A DNA stretch of 64,000 bases, taken from an uncultured Candidatus Rokubacteria bacterium (lineage in GTDB: Bacteria > Methylomirabilota > Methylomirabilia > Rokubacteriales > CSP1-6). The notes under the pieces were generated by a model. That model had not been told where the DNA came from and searched no databases. It worked only from the letters and a program-made list of their open reading frames with translations. Of this stretch, positions 1 to 9,695 are shown one piece after another. Location: positions 832,001 to 896,000 of the forward strand of contig CAWBMV010000034.1 of NCBI GenBank assembly GCA_963789955.1, read 5' to 3'. How positions within the stretch are numbered: the first letter of the stretch is position 1; every line of letters begins with the position of its first letter. The position numbers and the translations under genes were made by a program.

Positions 1-71
1 TTGAAATCCGGCTGATTCTTGACCGTGATCCCGTACTCGGTTTCGATGCCCATGACTTTCGGGATCGCCAT
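1..71 (-). CDS. Dop/PafA-family (Pup deamidase/ligase) protein, N-terminus only (runs off window)
   Basis: Reverse strand reads [30 protein letters not shown] is the N-terminal motif of Dop/PafA; lies directly downstream of arc. Confidence 0.8.
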   Translation of the reverse strand, partial: MAIPKVMGIETEYGITVKNQPDF

Positions 72-165
72 GCCGTCCTCTAGAAAGACCGCCCCCCGGT
101 CAATGCGCTCGGGGGGGAAATGGAGGGGCGTTCGACAGTCCCCCCATTGCCTGCTGAATGGGTGA

Positions 166-189
166 GGGGCTCGGCTCGCGCCGAGCCCC
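166..189. terminator. GC-rich hairpin after arc stop
   Basis: ggggctcggc-tcgc-gccgagcccc perfect 10-bp stem 7 nt after the arc stop; no clear U-tract. Confidence 0.4.
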
Positions 190-196
190 CGCTGCG

Positions 197-2010
197 TTAC
201 AGGTACTGACCGGTATTGACGACCCTCTCGACACTCCGGAGCTTTTCTTTGGTCTCGCCCATGAGAGGCTTCACGTAGACGATGCGCTCGCCCTTCTTGC
301 CGGCGATCTTCGCCCAGTCGTCGGGGTTGGTGGTGTTCGGAAGATCCTCGTTCTCCTTGAACTCTTCGCGGACGGCCGTCAGGAGGTCGTCGGCCATGAT
401 GCCCTTCTCGCCGCGCGCCGATGTAGCGCTTGAGCGCGAGCTTCTTGGCCCGGCGCACGACCGACTCGATCATCGCGCCGGAGGAGAAGTCCTTGAAGTA
501 GAGGACCTCTTTGTCACCGTTCGCGTAGGTGACCTCCAGGAAGCGGTTCTCCTCGCTGAGGGCGTACATCGCCTCGACGGTGGCGGCGATCATCGAGGTG
601 ATGGCGCTGGGCACGTCGCGTGCCGCGAGTCTCGGACTCGGCGAAGGGGATGTCGGTGGTGAGGTACTTGGCGAAGATCTCCGCGGCCGAGGCGCGATCG
701 GGGCGCTCGATCTTGATCTTCACGTCGAGCCGGCCGGGGCGCAGGATGGCCGGATCGATGAGGTCCTGGCGGTTGGAGGCGCCGATGACGATGACGTTCT
801 TGAGCCCTTCGACGCCGTCGATCTCGGCCAGGAGCTGGGGCACGATGGTGGTCTCGACGTCGGAGGAGATGCCGGTGCCGCGGGTGCGGAAGAGGGCGTC
901 CATCTCGTCGAAGAAGACGATGACGGGGACATCCTCGGCGGCCTTTTCCTTGGCCTTGACGAAGATCTCGCGGATCTTGCGCTCGGTCTCGCCGACGTAC
1001 TTGTTGAGGAGCTCGGGGCCCTTGATGTTGAGGAAGAAGCCCTTGATCTTCTCGCCGCGCTTCTCGGAGATCTTCTCGGCGAGATTGTTGGCGACGGCCT
1101 TGGCGATCATGGTCTTGCCGCAGCCGGGAGGGCCATAGAGGAGCACGCCCTTGGGGGGCGTGAGCTTGTGCTCCTTGTAGTAGTCGCCGTAGAGGTAGGG
1201 CAGCTCGACGGCGTCCTTGATGGCCTCGATCTGATCGCCGAGACCGCCGATGTCGTCGTAGCCGATGTCGGGCACTTCCTCGAGCGTGAGGTCTTCGACT
1301 TCGCTCTTCGGCAGCTTCTCCAGCAGGTAGCCGCTCTTGGCGTCGAGCAGGAGATGATCGCCGGTCTTGAGGCGCTGGGTGCGCAGGGGCTCGGCGATGA
1401 TGCCGACCTTTTCTTCGTCGGCGCGGAGGGTGACCAGCGCGCGCTCGGCGTCGAGCTGTTCCTTGAGGATGACGACCTCGCCCTGGATCTCGTAGCCGGC
1501 GGCCTCGATGACGTTGAGGCCTTCGTTGAGGATGAGCTCCTGGCCGGGCTTGAGCATCTCGGGCTTGAGCGAGGGATGCAGGTTGACCTTCACCTTGCGG
1601 CCCTGGGAGAGGATGGTGACGGTGCTGTCCTCGTTGGCGGCGAGATACACGCCGTACGTCGAGGGCGGAGCACAGAGCTTGTCGACCTCTTCCTTGAGCG
1701 CGGTGATCTGCTCGCGCGCTTCGTACAGCGCGTTCACGAGCTTCTCGTTCTGGTTGAACGCCTGAACGAGCTGCCGGTTCGCCTCGCGGAGCTTGTTCTC
1801 GAGGACCATGAAGTCCTTGGGCGTGTCCTCGAGCTTCTTCCGCAGGTGAACGGTCTCCGCTTCCAGCGACCTGATGTACGCCTGAAGGTCCTGCACTTGG
1901 ATTTCGTACTCCGTAAGACGACGACGCGTGCTCGAATCCGACATAGAGGCGGGAAGGAACTTCGAGAAGCCCTCACGACTCGGGCTACTCTTCTTGTCGA
2001 ACTCCTTCAT
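197..2010 (-). CDS. arc: Proteasome-associated AAA ATPase ARC/Mpa (two apparent frameshifts near 625 and 420)
   Basis: Coiled-coil N-terminus, Walker A GPPGCGKT, Walker [35 protein letters not shown] and C-terminal GQYL proteasome-docking motif; ATG at 2010. Confidence 0.92.
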
Positions 2011-2075
2011 GGTCCATCCCTTCTCACTTGACCCCCTGTGCGCCGCTCGTGCACAAGCTTCTGTCGCGTGCTCGA

Positions 2076-2105
2076 AGTATAGGCGGCTGCAAAAAAGAAA
2101 GTCAA
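2076..2105 (-). promoter_or_regulatory. sigma70-type promoter for arc
   Basis: Minus strand TTGACT-N18-TATACT about 65 nt upstream of the arc ATG. Confidence 0.6.
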
Positions 2106-2302
2106 GGTTGGCAGGTAACTTACCGCCGGTTGACACGTTGAATTTTCTATGTTTTTCCCCATCGATGTGACTCCCTCGTCACTTTGGTCGCCCACTCGCG
2201 CCCCCGAGTCATCAGCGGAGCAAGTTCTGTACCCGACCAACCCGCTTCTCCCGCTCTCGAAACGTGTGGCGTGAATAGTGGGTTCCACGTATAAAGACGG
2301 AG

Positions 2303-3923
2303 ATGCCCGCGCCGATGTTCGGTCGCGTCGCTGCCTTTCTGGCTCCGCTCGTGACGTTCCTGGTGACGTTCCTGGTCGCGACCCCTCTCGCGACCTCGCC
2401 GGCTCTCGGCCAGAACACGCCGCTGCCCACCCAGGTCGTCCGGCGCGAGCTGCGGATCGGTGCTCCCGGTGTCCCGTCGGCGCTCGATCCGGGCGCGGCG
2501 CTCGAAGGGACCAACCCGCTGATCGCGCGGCAGGTTTTCGACACTCTGGTCGCCTGGCGCGAGGGGAGCACCGAGATCGAGCCGGCGCTGGCCACCCGCT
2601 GGAACGTGTCGCGCGACGGGCTCGTCTGGTCGTTCTCCCTGCGCGAAGGCGTCAAGTTTCACGACGGTAGCCCGCTCACCGCGGCCGAGGTCGCCGCGAG
2701 CTTCGAGCGTCAGCTACGTCCGGAAGCCCACGGAACGAACCGCACCTGGCCGGCGCTGCTCCGCGGCACGCCCGGAGTCGTCAAGGAAGTCCGCGCGCCC
2801 AATGCGCGAACGGTCGAGATCGTTCTGGTCCAGCCCTACGCGCCCCTTGTCACCGTGCTCGCCCATCCTGGGCTCGCGGTCGCCAAGCCTTCGACGGCAC
2901 CCGAAGGCGGCGGCAGATTGATCGGTACGGGTCCTTATCGCGTCGTGGATGCCTCGGCGGGTCGCCTGGCGCTCGAGGCCATGCCTGGCTACTGGGGAGG
3001 CGCGCCGAAGTCGGAGCGGCTCGTGTTTCTCGACGTGAGTGCCGACGACCAGGCCGAGTCCGAGCTCGACTCCCGGTCGCTCGACATCTGGTTTCCGGCG
3101 GGTCCGCCACGGCGTGCCGCGGGTGCGCTCTCGGCCCCTAGCCTTCGCATCGGATATCTGGCCTTCCAGACCGAGAAGGAGCCCTTCTCACGAAGGACCC
3201 TTCGCCAGGCTGTCGCCGCGGCCCTGGATCCGGCGATCCTGGGCCAGACGCTCGAGCGCGCCGCGATGCCCTTGCAGTCCTTTCTCCCTCCGGGAGTCTG
3301 GGGACGCCGCGAGGGCTCGCCGATCCTCGGCGGCAGCCGCGCGACCGTGAAGGCGCTCATCAAGGAGAGCCGCTGGCCGAAGGAAACGAAGCCGACCTTG
3401 CTGGTACCGGCGGAAACGACGCCGCTGAATCTCCCGAAGGTGGCTGAGACGATCCAGCTGCTCCTGGGCTCCGACGACCTGCCGCTCAACATCCAGGTCG
3501 AGCCCGAAGGGACCATGCGCGCGCTCCTGCAGTCCGGAGCGTTCGACATGGCCCTGGCGGAGGCGATCGTCACGGGCGGCGATCCTCATCTCCTTCTATA
3601 TCCTCTGTCGACGAGCGAGGCGGCGACCAAGGGCCCGCGCGCGACGAACTTCTCCTTCTACCGGAACCCGCGGCTCGACGACGTGCTGATCCGGGCGAGC
3701 CAGCTCTCGTTCCGCTCCGAGCGCCAGCGGCTCTACCAGCGCGGGCAGGCGATACTGGCCGAAGAGCTGCCGTGGCTCCCGATCTACGTGCGTCTGCAGT
3801 GGGCGGTGGTCTCGCTCCGACGTCAAAGGTCTGCGGCTGCATCCGACGGGCATTCATCGTCTCGACACGGTGAGTCTCGACATTCCGCCCGCCCTGGCTC
3901 CCGCTCCCGGCGCCACCCGCTGA
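2303..3923 (+). CDS. ABC transporter substrate-binding protein, family 5 (OppA/DppA-like); frameshift near 3810
   Basis: Signal peptide, EPALATRWNVSRDG..FSLREGVKFHDGSPLTA, GTGPY motifs; C-terminus continues in another frame (VKGLRLHPTGIHRLD..) to TGA 3921-3923. Confidence 0.8.
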
Positions 3924-3940
3924 CGAGGCGAGGCTCGCCT

Positions 3941-4939
3941 GTGCCATCGATCGCCGACACGACGCTCGAGATGATCGAGTGGGTCTTTCCGGAGCATGCG
4001 GGCGGACCGGGGCAGATCCACGGCGGCCGGATGATGGAGTGGATCACCAAGGCCGGCACCCTGGCCGCCTCGCGCGTCGCGCGCGGCACCGTGGTCCTCG
4101 GCGCGATGGACGACATCGACTTCCTGCATCCGGTCAAGGTGGGCCAGATCGCCATCTTGAGGGCGCGCGTCGAGTACGTCGGAACGAGTTCCCTGGAGGT
4201 CGGGGTTCGGGTCTTCGCCGAGGACGTGATCACCGGGGAGCGCCGGGCGACCCTGAACTCGCACCTGGTCTTCGTGAAGGTCGATGAGGGCGTGCGTCCG
4301 CGCCCGGTCGAGGCTAAGATTCGTCCCCGGGACGCCGCCGAGTCGGCGCTGGTCGAGGCGGCCCGGGCCCGGCGCGAGCAGCGGCTGGCGCGGTTCGCCC
4401 AGCGACAGTCGCGTCTCGCCGCGAACGCCGAGCCAGACCTGGACGCCAGCGACGTTGACGTCGGCTGGCGCTTCGAATCGGTTCGAAGCGTCCTGCCCGA
4501 GGACGCGCTGTTCGGCAACACGATGTTCGTGGGCAAGATGCTCATGGCGCTCGACGAGGCGGGCGGCATCCTGTCGATGCGATACTGCAAGGGTCTCGTG
4601 ATGACGGCGTGCGTGGACGCGATGGACTTCTACTCGCCGATCTTCACGCACGAGGTCGTCACGTTCAAGGCGGCGCTGAATCACGTCGGCACCTCGTCGC
4701 TCGAGGTCGGCGTGAAGGTGCTGGCGGAAGTCCCGTGGTCGGGCGAGGTGCGACACGCCTGCACCGCGTTCGTCACGTACGTGCACCTGGGGGCCGACTT
4801 GCGTCCGCGCCCGTGTTCGCCGTACACGCCGACGACCGCGGGCGCTCGTCGGCGATGGGAGGCCGCGCTCGGTCGGCGGGCGCAGCGGCTCGAGCGCGTG
4901 AAGGGACTCAAGGCGATGCTGCTCAACGAAAGAGGGTAG
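3941..4939 (+). CDS. Double hot-dog acyl-CoA thioesterase
   Basis: Two hot-dog repeats (VFPEHAG..IHGGRMMEW; VLPEDALFG.TMFVGKML), each with VGTSSLEVGV; GTG at 3941. Confidence 0.8.
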   Translation: MPSIADTTLEMIEWVFPEHAGGPGQIHGGRMMEWITKAGTLAASRVARGTVVLGAMDDIDFLHPVKVGQIAILRARVEYVGTSSLEVGVRVFAEDVITGERRATLNSHLVFVKVDEGVRPRPVEAKIRPRDAAESALVEAARARREQRLARFAQRQSRLAANAEPDLDASDVDVGWRFESVRSVLPEDALFGNTMFVGKMLMALDEAGGILSMRYCKGLVMTACVDAMDFYSPIFTHEVVTFKAALNHVGTSSLEVGVKVLAEVPWSGEVRHACTAFVTYVHLGADLRPRPCSPYTPTTAGARRRWEAALGRRAQRLERVKGLKAMLLNERG

Positions 4940-4943
4940 GGCG

Positions 4944-5696
4944 ATGTCAGGGCACTCTCGGTGGTCACAGATCAAGCGCAAGAAGGGCAAGACCGACGTC
5001 CAGCGCGGCAAGCTCTTCTCCAAGATCCTCCGCGAGATCACGGTGGCGGCAAAGGGCGGCGGCGGCGATCCCAAGGCCAACGTGCGCTTGAAAGCCGCGA
5101 TGGAGTCCGCCAAGGAAGCGAACATGCCGCAGGAGAACATCAAGCGGGCGATCCAGAAGGGCACCGGCGAGCTGCCCGGTGAGTCCTACGAAGAGATCAC
5201 GTACGAGGGGTACGCGCCGGGCGGCGTCGCCCTGCTGATCCAGGTGCTCACCGACAACCGCAACAGAACCGGCCCCGAGATCCGCCACGCGTTCGAGAAA
5301 TTCGGCGGCAACATGGGCTCCTCGGGCGCCGTCGCGTGGATGTTCGAGCGCCAGGGGATCATCCAGGTGGATTCCTCGAAGATCGACGAGGACGACCTGC
5401 TCGCGAAGGCCCTCGATGCCGGAGCGACCGACATGCGCCGGGCCGAAAAAGCTTTCGAGATCATCACCGCCCCTGCTGAAATGGACGCCGTGCGCGACGC
5501 GCTGAGTCGGGCGCGGGTTCCCGTGCTGGAGGGCCAGGTCAGCTTCGTCCCGCAGTCGACGGTGCGGGTCGAGGGCAAGGACGCGACCGCCGTGGTGCGC
5601 CTGGTCGAGGCGCTGGAGGAATTGGACGACGTCCAGTCCGTCTACGCTAACTACGACATTCCTGACGAGGTTCTCGAGGCCATCTCGGCCGCATAG
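4944..5696 (+). CDS. yebC: YebC/PmpR family protein
   Basis: MSGHSRWSQIKRKK, YEGYAPGGVA, TDNRNRT, DDVQSVYAN; sits upstream of ruvCAB. Confidence 0.95.
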   Translation: MSGHSRWSQIKRKKGKTDVQRGKLFSKILREITVAAKGGGGDPKANVRLKAAMESAKEANMPQENIKRAIQKGTGELPGESYEEITYEGYAPGGVALLIQVLTDNRNRTGPEIRHAFEKFGGNMGSSGAVAWMFERQGIIQVDSSKIDEDDLLAKALDAGATDMRRAEKAFEIITAPAEMDAVRDALSRARVPVLEGQVSFVPQSTVRVEGKDATAVVRLVEALEELDDVQSVYANYDIPDEVLEAISAA

Positions 5697-6183
5697 CCTC
5701 CGGGTCCTCGGCGTCGACCCCGGCCTGGTCGGAACCGGCTACGGATTGATCGAGCCGGCTCCCGGCGGGGTTGCCGTGCTCGGCAGCGGTGTCATCTCGA
5801 CGAGCGCGGATCTGCCGCTCGAAGCGCGGATCCATCTGATCTACGACGGCGTCCGAAGCCTCCTCGAGGCTCAGACCCCGACGGTGCTCGTCCTCGAGGA
5901 CCTGTACGCCGAGTACAAGTTTCCGCGGACCGCGCTGCTGATGGCCCACGCGCGCGGCGTGATCTGCCTCGCCGCGCGCCAGAGCGACGTCGCGGTGCTG
6001 GCGCTGGCGCCGGCCGAGGTCAAGCGCGCGGTCGCCGCCGCCGGCGCCGCCTCGAAGCATCAGGTGCAGCATTCCGTCCAGCGGATCCTCAAGCTCGCCG
6101 CGCTCCCGACGCCGTCGCACGTCGCCGACGCGCTCGCCCTCGCGCTGACCGGCTTCTCTCGCCTGGGCGGGCGGCTGTCGTGA
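5693..6183 (+). CDS. ruvC: Holliday junction resolvase RuvC (start codon apparently lost by a 1-nt deletion)
   Basis: LRVLGVDPGL..TGYG from 5698, LEDLY, ARGVI, EVKRAV, HVADALALAL. Confidence 0.88.
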
Positions 6184-6830
6184 TCGCGACCCTCGCCGGG
6201 CGGCTGCGGCGCAAGCTCGAGGATCGCGTCGTGGTCGAGTGCGGCGGCCTCGGGTACGAGGTGTTCCTGCCGCCGATCGCCCAGCGTCAGATCGAGCACG
6301 TCACCGCCGGTCCGGGCGAGAAGGGGAGCGAGCTCGAGCTCGTCATCTATTACCACGCGACTCGCGACCAGCCGCGCCCGGTCCTGATCGGGTTCACCTC
6401 CGATCTCGACAAGGAGTTCTTCGAGAAGCTGATCACGGTCAAGGACATCGGTCCGATGGTCGCCGCGCGCGCGCTCGCGCTGCCGGTCGGCGAACTGGCG
6501 GCGGCGATCGCACGCCAGGACGAAAAGTTCTTGCGCGGTCTCCCGGGTGTCGGTCCGCAGAAGGCCAAGAACATCGTCGCGCAGCTCCAGAACAAGGTCT
6601 CGAAGTTCGCGCTGGCCCGCGAGGGCGCTCCGGTCGAGCCGGTCGCGGCCGCGGCGAAGCCGATCGACGCCGACGGGCTGCGCGAGCTGGTGTGGGAGAT
6701 CATGGTCAAGCAGCTCGGCCACCGGCCCTCCGAGGCTTCGCAGCTCATCACCGACGCGCTGCGCCGCCGTCCGTCGATCATGTCGCCGGAGGAGCTGTTC
6801 GACGAGATCTACCGCGGGCAGAAGGCGTGA
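6180..6830 (+). CDS. ruvA: Holliday junction branch migration protein RuvA
   Basis: MIATLAG..VVECGGLGYEV, HhH motifs VKDIGP and LPGVGPQKA; lies between ruvC and ruvB. Confidence 0.88.
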   Translation: MIATLAGRLRRKLEDRVVVECGGLGYEVFLPPIAQRQIEHVTAGPGEKGSELELVIYYHATRDQPRPVLIGFTSDLDKEFFEKLITVKDIGPMVAARALALPVGELAAAIARQDEKFLRGLPGVGPQKAKNIVAQLQNKVSKFALAREGAPVEPVAAAAKPIDADGLRELVWEIMVKQLGHRPSEASQLITDALRRRPSIMSPEELFDEIYRGQKA

Positions 6831-7873
6831 TGACGGCAACGGCCGACGACGGGAAGATGCTCAGTCGTGTCGCGGCGCCCGAAGAGGTGCAGTTCGAGCG
6901 CCAGCTCCGCCCGCGCAGTTTCGAGGAGTACGTGGGGCAGGAGCAGGCGGTCTCCAGTCTGAAAGTCTCGGTCGACGCCGCCAAGATGCGACAGGAGTGC
7001 GTGGACCACGTGCTCCTGTACGGCCCGCCCGGACTCGGCAAGACGACGCTCGCCGGGATTCTCGCCAACGAGATGGGCACCACCCTGGTGACGACGTCCG
7101 GCCCGGCCATCGAGCGGGGCGCCGACCTGATGGGCATCCTGACGAACCTCGGCGAGAAGGACGTGCTCTTCATCGACGAGGTCCATCGGCTGCCCCGGGC
7201 GGTCGAGGAGCTGCTCTATCCGGCGATGGAAGACTTCGCCGTCAACTTCGTGATCGACAAGGGACTTCACGCGCGCACGCTCAAGTACGCGCTCCGGCCC
7301 TTCACGCTGGTCGCCGCGACGACGCGCCCCGGAATGCTGTCGGCGCCGCTGCGCGAGCGCTTCGGCATCTTCCATCACCTGGATTTCTACTCGGAAGCCG
7401 AGCTCTCCCGGATCGTGAACCGCTCGGCGGCGATCCTCGACTCGAAGATCGGTCCCGACGGCGCGCACGAGATCGCGCGCCGATCTCGCGGAACCCCTCG
7501 CATCGCCAACCGCCTATTGCGCCGCGTGCGCGACTACGCGCAGGTGAAGGGGGACGGCGTGATCAACGAGGACATCGCGCGCCGCGCGCTCGACAGCGAG
7601 GGTGTCGACGCCCGCGGTCTCGACCGGCTCGACCGGCGCTTCCTCACCGCGATCGTGGATCACTATGACGGCGGGCCGGTCGGTCTCGAAGCGATCGCCG
7701 CCACGATCAACGACGAGGCGGAGACCCTCTCCGAGCTCGTCGAGCCCTATCTCCTGAAGATCGGCTTCATCGTGCGGACACCGAACGGCCGCCGCGTCAC
7801 CCGCGAAGCCTACCGCCACCTGGGCAAGCAACCCCCCGCCGCGGCCCCCGGCCAACAGGGCCTGTTCGAGTGA
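6830..7873 (+). CDS. ruvB: Holliday junction helicase RuvB
   Basis: LRPRSFEEYVGQ, GPPGLGKTT, FIDEVHRL, SRGTPRIANRLLRRVRD. Confidence 0.97.
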   Translation: MTATADDGKMLSRVAAPEEVQFERQLRPRSFEEYVGQEQAVSSLKVSVDAAKMRQECVDHVLLYGPPGLGKTTLAGILANEMGTTLVTTSGPAIERGADLMGILTNLGEKDVLFIDEVHRLPRAVEELLYPAMEDFAVNFVIDKGLHARTLKYALRPFTLVAATTRPGMLSAPLRERFGIFHHLDFYSEAELSRIVNRSAAILDSKIGPDGAHEIARRSRGTPRIANRLLRRVRDYAQVKGDGVINEDIARRALDSEGVDARGLDRLDRRFLTAIVDHYDGGPVGLEAIAATINDEAETLSELVEPYLLKIGFIVRTPNGRRVTREAYRHLGKQPPAAAPGQQGLFE

Positions 7874-7975
7874 CGCGGCCGGCCGAGATAGGGCGCCGCC
7901 GGGCCTGCGACCGCCAAGCGGGGCTCGTGGACCGCATCGCAATGAACATCGCCTTGCGGAGCCGGCTCGCGCCTC

Positions 7976-8021
7976 TCTCAGGCCACCCTCGGTCCAAGCA
8001 GGCCTCATGGTCCCCGTTACA
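7976..8021 (+). repeat. Dispersed 46-bp intergenic repeat, copy 1
   Basis: tctcaggccaccctcggtccaagcaggcctcatggtccccgttaca; 43/46 identical to 56717-56762. Confidence 0.85.
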
Positions 8022-8228
8022 GTAGGCAAGGTCCTCATTGCCTTCGGTCTTCTCATCGTCCTCGCCGGCGTGGTGCTCGTGCTCGTCGGACGCGTGCCGT
8101 GGGTCGGCCGCCTGCCGGGCGACATTCATATCCAGCGCGGGAATTTCACCTTCTATTTCCCGCTCGCGACCTCACTGCTCCTGAGCGTCGTCCTGACCCT
8201 CATCTTCTATCTCGTCGGGCGCCGGTGA
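8007..8228 (+). CDS. DUF2905 small membrane protein
   Basis: GRLPGDIHIQRGNFTFYFPLATSLLLSVVLT signature; usual ruvB-queA neighbour. Confidence 0.85.
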   Translation: MVPVTVGKVLIAFGLLIVLAGVVLVLVGRVPWVGRLPGDIHIQRGNFTFYFPLATSLLLSVVLTLIFYLVGRR

Positions 8229-9343
8229 GCAGCCTCTTCGCGGCGGCGGCGCTGCTGGCGCTGTCGAGCACCGCGATGGTCGCGGCCGACACGATCCGTG
8301 TGGCGATCGCCGAGAACGTGCGATCGGTCGAGCTGCGCGGTCTCAACATCGAGGTGAGCGAGCTGGGCTGCGTCGCGTGCCCGCGGGGCGTCGGGCGGAC
8401 CGATACCGTGCGCGCCGTGGTGAACGGTCAAGGCGTCGAAATCGATCGCCGGTCCGCGGCGGCCTTTCGGCTGACCAGCGATACGCCGATCCGGATGAAC
8501 GGGCGCGAATACCCCGCCACGCTCGAGATCGTCCGCTACGGTGAGGGGCTCGCGATCGTCAACGAGCTTCGGCTCGAGGAATACGTCGTCGGCGTCCTGC
8601 GAGCCGAGACCAGCGAGAAGTGGCCGGCCGAGACCCTGCGCGCCCAGGCGATCGTGGCGCGGACCTACGCGGCCTTCCTTCGCTCGTCGAGCGGCACCCG
8701 GCCGTACAACATCGTCGCCACGACGACGCACCAGGTGTACGCGGGACACGTGCCGGCGTCCTCACCCATCTGGGACGCGGTGCGCGACACGGCCGGACAG
8801 GTGCTCCTGTGGGACGGCGAGCTGTTCCCGGCCTTCTACCATTCGGCGAGCGGCGGCTACACGGAGGATCCGCGCACCGTCTTCGCGGCGCGCAACATGC
8901 CCGCGCTCAAGGCGATCCGTGACGATTTCTCGACGGCGGCGCCCCACTACTACTGGACCCTCGATCTCAAGCTTTCGGATCTGTCCGGCATCCTCAAGCG
9001 AAACGGCTACGACGTGGGCACGGTGACCGCCCTGGAGGTCACCGAGCGCACGCAGTCGCTCCGGGTGTCGAGCCTGACCGTCCACGGCACTCGAAGCTTC
9101 GTGCGGCTGCGCGGCAACGACTTCCGCCGCATGGTCGGCTACGAGACGGTCAAGTCGACCTTGTTCGCGGTCGCGCTCGACGGCTCGGTCGCCCGCTTCT
9201 CCGGCCGCGGATACGGCCACGGCGTGGGCATGTCGCAGTGGGGCGCCAAGGGCATGGCCGAGCAGGGATACAAGGCCGAGAAGATCCTCGAGTACTACTA
9301 TCCGGGGACCACGCTCGGCTGGCTCGGCACGCCCACGCGGTGA
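8225..9343 (+). CDS. SpoIID/LytB domain protein
   Basis: VNELRLEEYVVGV, LRAQAIVARTYA, YHSASGGYTE, GYGHGVGMSQWGA. Confidence 0.9.
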   Translation: MSSLFAAAALLALSSTAMVAADTIRVAIAENVRSVELRGLNIEVSELGCVACPRGVGRTDTVRAVVNGQGVEIDRRSAAAFRLTSDTPIRMNGREYPATLEIVRYGEGLAIVNELRLEEYVVGVLRAETSEKWPAETLRAQAIVARTYAAFLRSSSGTRPYNIVATTTHQVYAGHVPASSPIWDAVRDTAGQVLLWDGELFPAFYHSASGGYTEDPRTVFAARNMPALKAIRDDFSTAAPHYYWTLDLKLSDLSGILKRNGYDVGTVTALEVTERTQSLRVSSLTVHGTRSFVRLRGNDFRRMVGYETVKSTLFAVALDGSVARFSGRGYGHGVGMSQWGAKGMAEQGYKAEKILEYYYPGTTLGWLGTPTR

Positions 9344-9672
9344 CGATTTCCTGGCAGGACTTCGAGAAGGTCGACATGCGGGTCGGTGTCGTCACCGACG
9401 CCAAGGAGTTCCCCGAGGCCCGGCGTCCCGCCATTCGCCTCTGGATCGACTTCGGGTCTCTCGGGACCAAGCGCTCGAGCGCGCAGATCACCGCGCACTA
9501 CCGCCCCGCCGATCTGATCGGTCGACGGGTCGTGGCCGTCGTCAACTTCCCGCCGAAGCAGATCGGTCCCTTCGTCTCGGAGGTCCTGGTGCTCGGCGCC
9601 TACAACGAGGCCGGGGAAGTCATCTTGCTCAACCCCGATCAGCCCGTCGCGCCCGGCTCGAAGATCGGCTAA
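9340..9672 (+). CDS. csaA: CsaA-like tRNA-binding protein/chaperone
   Basis: DFEKVDMRVG, SSAQIT, VVNFPPKQIG, SEVLVLG. Confidence 0.88.
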   Translation: MTISWQDFEKVDMRVGVVTDAKEFPEARRPAIRLWIDFGSLGTKRSSAQITAHYRPADLIGRRVVAVVNFPPKQIGPFVSEVLVLGAYNEAGEVILLNPDQPVAPGSKIG

Positions 9673-9695
9673 GCTCTCGCCCGGAGGGCCTCGCG

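Noticed and set aside
2303..4939. Apparent 878-aa SBP-thioesterase fusion
   Set aside because: The linker is out-of-frame text; the SBP C-terminus continues in another frame to TGA 3923 and the thioesterase has its own GTG at 3941
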